In this document: positions 1 through 12,176 of the stretch, one piece after another
Numbering within the stretch: position 1 is the stretch's first letter
Layout of the letters: every line of letters starts with the position of its first letter
Assembly (NCBI RefSeq): GCF_008831285.2
Contig: NC_045138.2
Location: 32,426,001-32,490,000 of the forward strand
DNA from: Nymphaea colorata
Lineage: Eukaryota
Direction of reading: 5' to 3'
Length of the DNA stretch: 64,000 nucleotides
Program-made: the position numbers and the translations under genes
Notes under the pieces: generated by a model
Seen by the model: the letters and a program-made list of their open reading frames with translations, nothing else
The model's database searches: none
What the model was told of the DNA's origin: nothing

Positions 1-1379
1 ACCAAACAATGATCACATGGAGATATCTATGCACTATCTGCCTTTGGTAACAAATTTTTCTTGGTGAGCAAGTCGATTCCTCTTTGACTCACGTGACCTA
101 ACCTCTTAGGCCACAAATCTGACGAAGTACGACCAGTAACTGCATTAACATCCACACTACTGATTTGAGGCTTCATCCCATACAAAGAGCCAAATCTGTC
201 ACCTCTAGCCAACACTAGTGCCCCATTGATAAGTTTCCAACCTGTCTGACTAAACGAAGTACAATATCCATCTTCACTTAGTCTTTCTGCAGAAATCAAA
301 TTCATTCTCAGGTCTAGAATATGTCTCACATCTCTTAAAGTCAACTTGCATCCTGTGATCGTCTGAATGCAAACATCTCCTATCCCAACAATCTTCGAAG
401 TGTCACTGTTGCCCATGTGAACTACTCCAAAATTACTTGCTCTGGAGGATAAGAATAACTCTCTACATGGTGTGGCATGATATGATGCCCCTGTATCTAA
501 AATTCATGTAGAATCACCATTCTGAACTGTAAGACAATAATTTTCTTCAGATAAGAATAACACTACCTCATCATCTGAAGCAACTGCAGTGTACTCTTTT
601 GGCTTCACATTCTCTTGAGTCTTCTTTTTCTGCTCTTTTTCTTCTTTCAATTTCCTGCAATCAATCTTCTTGTGCTCTGGAATACCACAGTGAAAGCATT
701 TACCTGTCATCTTGGGTCTTTATTTGGACCTAGAGTTTGACCTGTCATGCCATTTGTTACGGTTCTTCTGTCTGCCCCTGTCTCCCATCACTAGCACTTG
801 CGAGCTACCAGTACCAAGAGACTTTCTCCTTGTTTCTTCATTTAGAATGTTGCTGATTACATGCTTCATCGTAAGCACACCATCTGGAGCGAAGTTGCTC
901 AAAGAAACAACTAAAGTCTCCCAACTGTCGGGAAGAGAACTAAGCAACAAGAGTGCCTGTAACTCATTATCTAATATCCTTTTCATGGCTGACAACTGAT
1001 TGATTATGCTCTGTACTTCATTCAAATGCTCTGACACTGGTTTTCCCTCTCTAAGTTTCAGATTTACTAATTGCCTAATCAAGAAAGCCTTATTCCAAGC
1101 TGTTTTTCTCTCGTAAAGATCATGCAACTTCTGCCATAACGACTTCGCACTGGTCTCTGCGGATACCAAATGAAAAACACAGTCATCTAACCATTGTCTG
1201 ATGGTGCCAATGGTTTTCCTATCCAATAACTTCCATTTTTCATCTGTCATATTCGCTGGCTTCTGGTTCTCAATGGGTGCATATAAGTCTTTACAATACA
1301 GCAAATCTTCCATTTTTGCTTTCCATATAGTCCAATTGTTCCCATTTAATGAGACCATCCTAGAGGGGGTGAACTCCAT
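1..1379 (-). pseudogene. copia gag-pol, disrupted by in-frame stops
   Basis: ORFs 720..1379, 504..710 and 27..416 share one reading frame and are separated by single stop codons (RSK*RPK, DST*ILDTGAS, DSA*ISPCDHC). Confidence 0.9.
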
Positions 1380-1419
1380 CCTTTAATAAAAATGCACACA
1401 ATCAACTGGCGCTAACCTG

Positions 1420-1431
1420 CCTCTGATACCA
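1420..1431 (-). promoter_or_regulatory. Primer-binding site (tRNA-iMet) of the Tnt1-like element
   Basis: The minus strand reads TGGTATCAGAGG, 3 nt inside the LTR end. Confidence 0.85.
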
Positions 1432-2097
1432 CTTTGTTATAGTCGTGTCCCCCAAAAGAATGCTCAACAACAATAAAAAAGGGCAAACCACCACAAAACT
1501 ACTAAAAACGGAATCATAGGGCAGCGAGCATAAGATTGAATTTCCAACACCAATATTGCAGCAATATATATCAAAATATATGCTAGAGATGCAGAAAAAT
1601 AGGAGACACCAATTTATGTGGAAAAACCCCTAATAATGGGCTAAAAAACAACGGGCAAGAGAGAGATATATTTATATTTCAAAGAGACAATACAACTACG
1701 TTGTTTTTCTTGCAGAGAATAGCATAAATCATTCTCAAGAATGAATAGACAAGAAAACAACAAGAAAAGAGATCACCGTATTTTCTTCTTTTCTTTTCTT
1801 TGTTTTCTTTACTTTCTCTCTTTACGCTTGAACCCACACGACTGCTCAAACCCACAACCGTGCTCTTCTTCCTCTTTCCTTCTTGCCTTCCTTCTCCCAT
1901 TCTCTTCCTTCCTTCTCCTTTTCCTTATTTTCTTGCCGTGAGCAGCCACCCAAAAAAAAGCCCTATTCTTTTTCCCCAAAAAAGAGAGAGAGACGTGAGA
2001 GAGGACGCGTGAGGAAGGGGCACCATCGGGTGCCCTTCCTTTCTCCCGCCCGTCATTAAGTGACGGGCCGGGTCGGGTCTTGAGGCTGGACCCGACA

Positions 2098-3160
2098 AAA
2101 TAGAGCCATCAATAGACAGACGATAAGGGAGGGCACTAAAGCCGCATGGCTGCAGAGAGATGGAGGGACTACATCTGAGCAAAGAAGTGTTTCCCGAGAG
2201 CCCAGTGGCTGGTATACATTCTCAGTGCAGGAAGAATCATGACAGATGCTAGGCTAAAAAGGTTTGACATTCAAGTAGCGTCCAGATGCCAGTTTTACAT
2301 CCAACAGGAAGAGAATGAGGTTTCGCCTATTCCTCAGATGTCATAGAGTTAAAAGGATCTGGGAATTCGTAGCTAGTAAGTTCAACTTGCCTCCCCTTAA
2401 AACACATACTATAGATAAAGAATGGTTTAATATGGTGGTGAAGGAGGAAATTCAGGAGGAAAATCTGGGGTGTCATATGGAGAATCACGTTTCATATTGT
2501 AATCTGGCACTTATTGAAAACTGAAATGAATTAAGACATGAAGCAGACCAGGCCAGGGGCAGCGACTGTTACAAAGTTGTGGAGCTTCTGAAAGGAGCAA
2601 TATGTGAATATGGACTAGAAAGCTGCAGAAAAATACAGAGTGGAAATCTGGCTGAGAATAGGAATCAAAGCAGATGACGGGGGTTGGGGGAAAGGCAATT
2701 CCATCTCAACACATATAGCAGTGTGGAATGGTGAAAGGCTCCATTGCATTGCAGGTTTGGTGAAGATATCGGTTGGGAACTGCATTTCTGGCATCTGCTG
2801 CTGGTCTTGAATAGATATCTCAGTAAAATCACCGCACCTAGTGGTCCTATTGTTATTCAAACAAACAGTAAGAAATGGAAAAGTGAGATTAGGAGATGAA
2901 TTTTGGTAGAGAACCAAAAGGACACAACCTCTGAGTTCATGAATAATGTACAAAACCAGGGGAGCAGCTTGATGGTACACATAAGGGAGCCGTCAGTGGA
3001 GGTCTGCAGCATGCTTCTTTTAACTTCCGGTGAAATGGGTTTCAAGGAAAGAGAACTGGGTCACCCACGGTGAGATCCCGGTCAGTTTGCGTCCTGGTAA
3101 TGGGTTCAACCTGTAAAGGTCTTAAATTTATGATGTAATCATTCCTTTCTTTTGTCAATA
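2098..3160 (+). mobile_element. Degenerate LINE (L1-like) 3' remnant with zf-RVT domain
   Basis: Translation WRDYI*AKKCFPRAQWLVYILSAGRIMTDARLKRFDIQVASRCQF...RLFLRCHRVKRIW matches the plant LINE zf-RVT pattern (W..IW...P....W......T.DRL......C..C....E..HLF..C.....W), with stops and a frameshift. The right boundary is approximate. Confidence 0.7.
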
Positions 3161-4195
3161 AAAGGACGATGACCTACCTCTCAGCAGGTTTCCGCCGGAC
3201 CGAGAAAGCTGATGACCCACCCACGATGTAAAAGTTGCACCTTCCTTGGAGGGACCAGACTGCCGGAGTTATCATCGGAATTGGACTCCATTCCACGGCC
3301 AATTCAAGGTGCCATGTCTCACTCAAGTTTTAATTGATTTTTTAATAATATCTTAAAATATTTTACCTTTAAAGTACTCATATAACATTTTTTCATTTAT
3401 ATTAAAAAAAATCTTTATTTTTTCTTACATCGATTCAGAAACCGATTCACTAAATCTTCAAGCGCTGGAGGACTGGCTCAAAAACAGATCTTTATGCTGG
3501 TTGGTACCTATGATTAGCATGATATAATTGTCAAAATATCATCGTGGTGTTCTTTCCAAAGTCCGTGTTTAAAATATATATTGAAGATTTATTTTGTTAA
3601 CATCACCATCTAAACCAGTGGCACAGCCGCATGGTGCACCTTATAAAGTTAGTTTAATACTATGGTAATATTTTGGTATAAATTAAAAATATTAAATGAA
3701 TGTCCTCACCAGAATGTTTTTTTTTTTTTGGCTCCCCTAACAAAACAACAAAAACAACAGAATCATCGCTCACCCTTTTTTTTACAAAGACTACTTTGGC
3801 AAAGTTAATTAAATATTGTCCAATATCGCTTGATGCTAAAGTAAGATGGTTGGTGACGGACCGAATCCAATTTTTCAGACCGCATTGTGCAAATATGTGA
3901 TATCGAAACTCTCCTCTATTCGCGGGGGTGGAGCAGACATTTTCTTTTGGGGGAGCTGAACTTCATTTTCTAAATTTTTTACCGAAGCCATTCATAATTT
4001 AAGAAGAACGTAAAAGTTTTATCAATTATAACACGTATTTTTTCTTTCTCAAAATCACATGGGGCCATGGCCCTGCCAGCCACCCTGCTTATTCAGGTCT
4101 ACCGTATCTCTCGCATATGCATATGCTTACTGTCATTCTCAAAATTTATGACCTCTTATATAATTAATTGATTTGTACCTGTGCTTTCAAAGATG

Positions 4196-4233
<38 letters not shown>

Positions 4234-5103
4234 TTCAAATCTTATCTCAAAAAGTAAAAATATGTTACTAAAAAGCAGCCACTATACGAACAATAGCAAT
4301 TGTTTACAATGCAACAATAGTTCATTTGTGCTTTGAACCAGAGTCTGCAGTGCTTTCAATAACAATATATATATATATATATATATCTATACAATATATA
4401 TAACAGCACTGATAATAAAATTTTTAATTCAAATCTCTCTAAAGTGTCAATATAAAAATAAATATTTCTTATGAATCCATGTGGGCCATTACCTACACTG
4501 TGCTCATAGCTGCTTCCAATCCTGGAGCAGAGCAACTGCCCACACAGTTGAGCAAAATTCTCTTATTTATATATTGGTTACATATTTATATATCAAATGA
4601 CCCACAAATGTATGTTAAATGCCCCTCAACCTAATATACCTGCCTGCACCACTGCTCTGCCTTTTAGGTGGGCCTCGAAAGAATCTTCCAATGTTTTCTC
4701 AACTAAAATTGTTTTTGTTCTCTCTTGCCTGCTGAAAGCATCTTTACACGCAAGGGCGAACCGAGGGGATCAGTGACGTGAGCAAGGCGACATCGGACTC
4801 CGGCGGCTTTTTGAGGTCTGGATGTAGCCGATGTATTTACAAGCCATTTTATGAATTAAAACAGCCAACCAAAAAGATTCAAAGCATTGGTCCTTTATTG
4901 GAACCATATTAGCTTAAATTTATATTTTTATCTAAAATTAAAAAGTAAAAAGCTTAAAAGTAATAAAAAATATTATAAAAATTGAACAAACTTGAAAAAT
5001 GGACATGCAATCACCTTTAAACCGAATGGCGCCTTGAATAATAAAAAAAAAAAAGCTTTAACTTGAGGCTGATTCACTTTCATTTCGGACTGTCATTTCG
5101 GAG

Positions 5104-5116
5104 TGTTAAAATCCGT

Positions 5117-5169
<53 letters not shown>

Positions 5170-5404
5170 CAGCAAAGAATCTATCTTGTGTGTTATTGAT
5201 TATACAATGTATTTATAGAGTACAAGAGAGATGACGTTACAACAAATAAGGCAAGAAATAAAATCGTGTAATCAGATCCTAAATTGATAGTGATTGATAC
5301 GATTTTATTTCCTGTTGAAATCATTCCCCAATTCAAGCTCCTTCCTGATTCCATGATCTTTCCTTGACAGAAGCTCTTTCCTGTTTCAAGATCTTTCCTT
5401 AACA
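5104..5404 (-). repeat. 3' LTR of the Ale-like copia, containing a (GA)n microsatellite
   Basis: Near-identical to 10171-10464. Confidence 0.95.
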
Positions 5405-8400
5405 GCCTCCCGCAAACTGAACGGCAGCTCTATGACGTTGAGGTTGTTTCTAAAATCTGTGAACACTGTTCCTCCTAAAGCTTTCGTCATTCCATCCGCT
5501 AATTGTTCTTTAGTACGAATGAAATTCACTTGGATCTCTCCTTTATTGACATGATCTCTAACGAAATGAAAATCAATTTCAACATGCTTAGTGCGAGCAT
5601 GAAACATAGGGTTTGAGGCTAAATATAGAGCTCCTATATTATCACACCATAAAGTTGGTGCACCTGATAATGGAAACTGTAGCTCTTTCAGGAGAGATTT
5701 TAACCATAGTATTTCTGCAGCAGCACAGGCTAGGAACTTGTACTCAGCTTCAGTGCTGGACCGAGCAACTGTTCTTTGTTTTCTAGAGGCCCATGAGACA
5801 ACATTATTGCCTAGGAAAGCAACAAAACCTCCGGTCGACTTTCGATCTTCTGGACTACCAGCCCAGTCTGCATCAGCAAAAATACTCAATTGCAAAGATG
5901 ATGATCGAGTCAAGCGAAGGGCATAATGACTGGTTCCTTTTAAATACCGAAGTATTCTTTTGACCATCGTCCAATGAACAGTCTTTGGCGAGTGCATGAA
6001 TTGACAAGCGCGATTTACAGCAAATGCAATATCTGGACGTGTGAGAGTAACATATTGTAGTGCGCCTATTATACTTCGATACATCGTGGGATCCCAAAAT
6101 AACTGCTCGACGGTTGTAACAGATTTAGTGACCACCATGGGGGATGTTGTAGGTTTGGCATTGTCCATTTGAGCTTTGTGAAGAATGTCAGTAATGTACC
6201 GATGCTGACTCAGATATATCTCCCCAGGCCTTCGCTTGACTTCAATACCTAGGAAATAGGTAAGGGGACCAAGATCCTTTACCGAGAATGCAGAGCCAAG
6301 CTGATTAATAATATGAGAAACGAGAGATGGCGCGGATCCGGTGATGATCAAATCATCTACGTACACAACAAGAAAAATGTGATTGCCATCGCGAGAGTAA
6401 ATAAACAGAGATGCATCAGACTGAGAGGCAACAAAGCCAATGTCGCGAAGGAAACAACTCAAGCGATGATACCAGGCACGTGGAGCCTGCTTGAGCCCAT
6501 ACAAAGCTTTGTCTAGCTTGCATACGTGATGAGGATAGGTGGCATCTTGAAACCCCTCTGGTTGAGCCATATAGACATCTTCAGAAAGAAACCCATTAAG
6601 GAAAGCATTATCAAAATCAAGTTGTCGTAATGACCAGTCAAACTGAACGGCTAAAGAGAGTAGGACTCGGATAGTAGTTGGTTTGACGGTGGGACTGAAA
6701 GTTTCTTGATAGTCAATACCAGCCGTTTGAAGAAAACCTCGGGCGACAAGGCGCGCCTTGTGCCGTGCGATAGAGCCGTCAGGATGACGCTTGATTTTGT
6801 ACACCCATTTGGAACTGATAATGTTGAAGTCAGGTTGAGGCGGAACGAGATGCCATGTTTTGTTTTTCTGCAATGCTGAAAATTCTAATTGCATAGCTTG
6901 GCGCCAACACGTGGAACGAATAGCCTCTTTAAACGTTCCTGGTTCTTCTTGTTCATGGATGGCAGAAAAAACTTTGGGTTTTAACGAGCCAGTCATGGAA
7001 CGAGTGATCATCGAGTGAGAAGGATGCGGAGCATCTTGAGTGGCTGCGACATCAGTAACTATGTCCAACGAATGAGCCGCCAGTGAGGACGACGCCAAAG
7101 TCATGGTGGGTGTAAGATCCTCGATAGGCTCCCCTGATGTGGGCTGAGCAGGCTCATGGACGGGCAGGCTGATATGCTCAGAGGAAGAACCAAATATTGG
7201 TGGTGGCAGAACAGTATACGATGACGACGATGCTGGCTGTAATGGAGCAACAGGACTACTTGAAGGAGAGCTGGTTGTGTGTGGTAGCCAATGAGATACA
7301 ATATCTTCTGAAATAGTCATATGTTGATCGGACTTGCTCAGATGAGTTTCATCAAAAATAACATGCCGAGATATAAAAATACGGCGATGGCTTTTGTCGT
7401 AGCATAAATACCCCTTATGATGACTAGCATAACCCAGAAAGATGCATGGAGTGGTCTTGGGCAGAAACTTGGAATCATTCATGGGTGTTAATAATGGATA
7501 ACATATGGTTCCAAAAACCCGAAGATGTGTATACTCTGGATCTTGTTGAAAGAGCATATAAAAGGGTGACTTTCGCTGCAATTTTAGTGTTGGTAATCTA
7601 TTGATAAGATAAATAGCAGTTCGAAAAGAATCAACCCAAAAATTATATGATAAACCAGCATCATAGAGCATACTTAATCCTGTTTCAACAACATGACGAT
7701 TTTTGCGTTCAACGATGCCATTTTGTTCGGGAGTGTAAGGACAAGAAAACTGATGAAATATTCCATGTGCTTCACAAAACAAGGCTAAGTCAGAGTTGAC
7801 AAATTCTTTTCCATTATCGGATTGAACGGAACATATGTGAGCATTTAATTGCTTTTCAACCAAGGTTTTGAAATTCTTGAAACATGCAACAACTTCAGAC
7901 TTAGCTTTAAGAGGAAACAACCATGAAAATCTGGAATAGTTGTCAACAATAAGAAGAAAGAACTTAAAGCCTTCCCGAGAAAGAATAGGGGCAGGTCCCC
8001 AAACATCCATATGAAGCATTTCAAGAGGACGTGATGCTTGAAAATCAGAAATTGGAAAGGGTTGTTTATGTGCCTTTCCCATAAGACAAGACTGACAAAC
8101 TCCTTTCTGAATAGGAGAATTTATTGAAATGAACTGACTAGAGTTTAGAAAGCTAACAATCTTCTTGTTTGCATGACCAAGCCGCCGATGCCATAGATCA
8201 AATGACGCTGAAGGTTTATTGACGCCTATTGGAAACCAGCAACTAAACGCTGCCCCCTTGGTTGAAGATGACTCAATGTTCGATCGGACAGCCTTGATGG
8301 GGTAGAGCCCGTTACGCATCTTTGGTCCTTGAAGAAGAACCTTGCCCGTCTGTCGATCCTTAATAATAAAATCATGTGGTGAGAATTGAAAAATACAATC

Positions 8401-9606
8401 ATTTTCAGACGTAAATTTTCCCACTGATAAGAGATTATGAGCTATTTTAGGAACATGCAGGGCATTAGTAAGATTGAATGAAGTCCCTTCAGAATTAACT
8501 AATAAATTGCTTGTATGCTTAATAGAAAGGCTTGAACCATTACCAATCATGATATTGTCCCTTCCATCATATGGTGTTTTGTTTTGCATCATCTCATCAC
8601 TGTTGACAATATGATTAGTCGCTCCTGAGTCGGGATACCAATATTCACTTGTAGACTCCTGTAGGTTCATGGCTGAAAATGCCCGCGGGATATCATAACA
8701 TGTCCTTGCCGAATGACCCTTCCGTCCGCAATATTGACACGTTACGATAGGTCGAGAATGACTTCCATGCCCTGCATTGTTGTTTGGATGTTCATGCTGT
8801 GGTTGAGGCTGGAGAGGAGGTTGTATTCCTCGTCCTTGGAATCGTCCTCCTTGCCGACCCCTAAAGTTGCCTCGACCTCTAGCGCGTCCTCGAAAAGTAT
8901 TAAAGGCAACTTGATTTTCAGCCTGTGGTAATGCCTCAATGGATCTGTTAGAGTTGGACATTGACGATTTGAACATCTCAAGTCTCTTCTCTTGAGTGAG
9001 TAAGAGATCGAATAATTCAGAAAATGTAATTGAGACATTTGAAGAGTTAGCACTAATGAGAGTAATAAAACTTTCATATTCAATAGGCAAACCGTTCATC
9101 GTGATCTGAACAAGATCACTGTCGTCCGTGTCTATTCCCGCCGCAGCTAACGTATCTGCAAGGAACTTGATCCGTTCCAGATATGTGTGCATATCCATAT
9201 TTCCTTTTTGAATAAAGTGTAGTTCCTTCCTCAACAACATTATTCTCAATGGTGATTGAGAACCGAAGGACTTTTTCAGCGTTTTTCATGCTTCATGTGC
9301 TGATTTGCTAGACACGATTTGCCTCAGGACTGGTTCTGAAACAGTGGCTTTGATCCAACTTAAAGCCAGACGACCGGACTTCTTCCAGATAGCAAAATCT
9401 GGATTAACTTCATTTTTACCGTCCTTCATAATAATCTCTGGAGGAGGAAGAAGCGTCCCATCAATGAACTGTACAAGTTCTTGGGACTCCATGACTGATT
9501 CCAGTTGACTGCTCCATAGAAGATAATTGTCTCTTGTGAGTTTGACGGAGACAAGAGCAGAAATCGCGTTCCATTGTGTTGACGAAGAAGATGAGTTTGC
9601 CATCAT
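5386..9606 (-). CDS. copia Gag-Pol polyprotein with one premature TGA at 9286-9288
   Basis: ORFs 9286..9606 and 5386..9249 are in the same frame (SAHEA*KTLKKSFGSQSPLRIM). Motifs: CQYCGRKGHSARTC, protease WYPDSGATNH, integrase LHMDVWGP/QSDNGKEF/QNGIVERKNR, RT YVDDLII, RNase H ADADWAG. Confidence 0.95.
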
Positions 9607-10158
9607 GATTAGAAGATACCAAGGCCTTCTCTCGTTGCCTTTAGACCTCGTCAGGCAAGGAACGATCCTTGACGAAGCAGTGACTAATTCTCCTTGCTCG
9701 ACTTAGGCGTAGCAGCGGAATACCGACCTTCTCTGGTGAACGAGGATCGGGCGAAGCACGTGGTCTCCTCTGCTCGACTTAGGTGTAGCAGCGAAATACC
9801 GACCCTCACTGCGAACGAGAGTCGGGCGAATGAGGAGCGGGCGAACGGTTTGCTCGAGGATGCTCGAGGAGTCTGGCGGGCAGAGCGGGCGAGAGAGAGT
9901 GGGCATCGCTCGAGCGGAAGGGGCAGAGCAGGCGACAAAAAAAATCAGCAAGCAGGCGAAAATGGGGCAATGACGTCGTTCGAGCATAAGCGGAACCGGC
10001 GTCGGCAAGGGACCTGGCGTCGCTTGAGCAGAAGGAACGGAGCGGGAGTAGATGGCGTCGCTTGAGCGGAAGGAACGGAGCGGGACGCTCCGAGCAGGAC
10101 GCTCCGAGCGAACGCAGGCAAGGGCTTGCGCAGGTAAAGACACCTCAAGGGAGAGAAA

Positions 10159-10170
10159 GCTCTGATACCA
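10159..10170 (-). promoter_or_regulatory. PBS (tRNA-iMet) of the Ale-like copia
   Basis: TGGTATCAGAGC on the minus strand, abutting the 5' LTR. Confidence 0.9.
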
Positions 10171-10187
10171 TGTTAAAATCCGTGAGG

Positions 10188-10228
<41 letters not shown>

Positions 10229-10464
10229 CAGCAAAGAATCTATCTTGTGTGTTATTGATTATACAATGTATTTATAGAGTAACAAGAGAGATGACGTTAC
10301 AACAAATAAGGCAAGAAATAAAATCGTGTAATCAGATCCTAAATTGATAGTGATTGATACGATTTTATTTCCTGCTGAAATCATTCCCCAATTCAAGCTC
10401 CTTCCTGATTCCATGATCTTTCCTTGACAGAAGCTCTTTCCTGTTTCAAGATCTTTCCTTAACA
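10171..10464 (-). repeat. 5' LTR of the Ale-like copia
   Basis: TGTTAAAATC...CCTTAACA; direct repeat of 5104-5404. Confidence 0.95.
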
Positions 10465-11204
10465 CGGAGGAACCAGAAACTTTGCATGAACTGTTGTTAG
10501 TTTTCCAATATCAAAAGATAAGCTAGTTATGTACAGCAAGCAGAGCTTGATCTCGGCTCAAGCTTGCTCGAATTTGACTAGTTTAAAATTGTGTTACTTG
10601 TTCGTCTATATTTTTTCTTTCGATCGAATCCTAAAAAGGGTGGTAAAATTCATAAAATCTTATCGACATGCCACTATAAGTTAACAAACAAAGAAGACAA
10701 GAGTCTGGACAAATTTAAAGGATTCGAACTCTTACAACTCAAACTTGACTCGTTTACAGGTCAAGTTTTAACTCAAGCTTGAGCTGAGTAGGGCTTCCAC
10801 GGGCAAGTGCCAATCAAGCCCGATGGCTCGACTAGTCCTACGTCCATCCCTGGGGCTGGGAGAGCCCATCCAAGACCATTGTTTGGATGCTGTTCTTGTA
10901 AATTTCTTTTACGGTTTGCAAACAAAGAGGGGCACCGTGGGGTTGTTTGGATGGCGGTAAAAGATTTCACGATTTCTATGATTTTCAGTGATTTGGGGAA
11001 CTTTCAGCCACTCTATTCGATGTCCAATCCTCACAAGACGGAAGAGATAAAAAGTACCTTGTTTCATTAAATATGTTTTTCCATTTGGACGTAGCTTCAT
11101 CTTCCCCGTCCAAAATTCTGTCCGACTTATTTTTGGAATCATCGGAGCAGCAGGAGAAGAAATTACAGGAAAATAAGAGAAGAAAGGACAGAGAAAACGG
11201 TTAC

Positions 11205-11507
11205 CCGTTGGCGTCTGCGGGGCAATCGGGCAAGAATACCGAGCAATCGGCGCCAGCATAGCATGAATTGCAGTCACAGACGAGCGAGCCGTCCTCCGAG
11301 ATATCACTGTCCAGGAAGGCGTGGCCATGGCCAGAGCAAGAAACTGTAGCGGCGGCTTCCGCCTCCGCCGCAGCCTCTCGGCTCCACGTTAGCTCCGCAT
11401 CAGGGGGGAGAAAGAGAGAGGCATGAAGAAAGAGAGGCGAGAATGAGGTTGAGAGAGAGTGAGCAGAGAAGTAGAGAGGGATGCACTCTCCCTGGATCAG
11501 CAGACAT
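11205..11507 (-). pseudogene. Exon 1 of a tandem duplicate TAR/alliinase-like gene (copy B), frameshifted
   Basis: Encodes an EGF-like segment (LTWSREAAAEAEAAATVSCSGHGHAFLD...CDCNSCYAGADCS) nearly identical to 17611-17915, with the same GTAAC donor at 11204. The ATG at 11507 (MSADPGRVHPSLLLCSLSLNLILAS) goes out of frame at a 2-bp deletion in a CT run near 11432. Confidence 0.85.
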
Positions 11508-11964
11508 CTCTCTCTCTCTCTCTCTTGTTGATTAGTCTTGTCCAAATAAATACTAATGGCTTCATAGAGTAGAACAAGGATGTCCCGGGATGTTTAATTT
11601 ATTTTGTATTATTGAATAAACAAATCACATTTTCAATTTACAACTCAATCTCTAGCATTTGAGCTTCTTATAATCCATGGCCTAGTTTACCACAATTTAC
11701 TTTGTACATGTGCTTCATATCAAGTACTAATTAAATTATGAAAAAGCAATCAAACATCTAATCAAACCTCCACTGGTATGAGAGGATGTGGCTATAACAC
11801 ACCACTCACCAAGAAATGCACTAAGGACCTAACTATAACACACCACCCATCGCACTACCTATTAATTAATGAAAGAAATAGAGAGTGTTTGTTTGGGATA
11901 TGCTTTGTACGTGGAAAATGGAAGCACCCATTTCTCTTCAATGACGGTTGTAGAGGAAACGCAA

Positions 11965-12176
11965 CTAAATGGTGTTGACGTATTCTTCTTGCGCGACGAG
12001 GGCTTGCAGCTTGTGTTCCAACAAGTCGAAGTTATCTTGAGCCCTGAGAAGGCTGAGCCTCACGTAGCGAGGATCGGCACCAAAGACGATCCCTGCCCTT
12101 CCAATTATGCCCGCCTCTGCCATCACCTTCGCACAGTCTCTGTCCTCCTCCCTCTCGCATCTCACCCATGCATAAG
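11965..12176 (-). CDS. TAR-like gene exon 5
   Basis: AYAWVRCEREEDRDC...YVRLSLLRAQDNFDLL...NTI*. Confidence 0.92.

Larger units (their letters stand above)
1..2097 (-). mobile_element. Ty1/copia LTR retrotransposon (Tnt1/Tork-like), 5' part; runs off the left edge of the window
   Basis: Shows gag, a zinc knuckle (CFHCGIPEHKKIDC), protease (ILDTGASYH) and a GAG-pre-integrase motif (LWPKRLGHVS). A tRNA-Met PBS lies at 1420-1431, followed by an LTR-like segment starting TGTTAT at 1435 on +. The outer LTR end at 2097 (..CCCGACA) is inferred because the partner LTR is not in the window. Confidence 0.9.
5104..10464 (-). mobile_element. Full-length Ty1/copia LTR retrotransposon (RE1/Ale-like)
   Basis: Two TG..CA LTRs (5104-5404 and 10171-10464). 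5-bp TSD CGGAG at 5099-5103 and 10465-10469. PBS at 10159-10170, PPT-like GCGGGAGGC next to the 3' LTR, and a complete gag-PR-IN-RT-RH domain order. Confidence 0.97.

Noticed and set aside
2012..2068. Two small hairpins (GGAAGGGGCACC/GGTGCCCTTCC; CCCGTCA/TGACGGG) as terminators or ncRNA
   Set aside because: They are short, lie inside a putative LTR, and rho-independent terminators are not relevant in plant nuclear DNA.
9286..9288. Programmed stop-codon read-through in gag-pol
   Set aside because: The stop lies early within gag at a position normally Trp. A TGG>TGA mutation is the simpler explanation, and copia elements normally use one ORF.
9684..10277. Overlapping ORFs in the GC-rich copia leader (also 41795-42802)
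   Set aside because: They are open on several frames and both strands because of high GC, show no recognisable domain, and lie between the PBS and gag.
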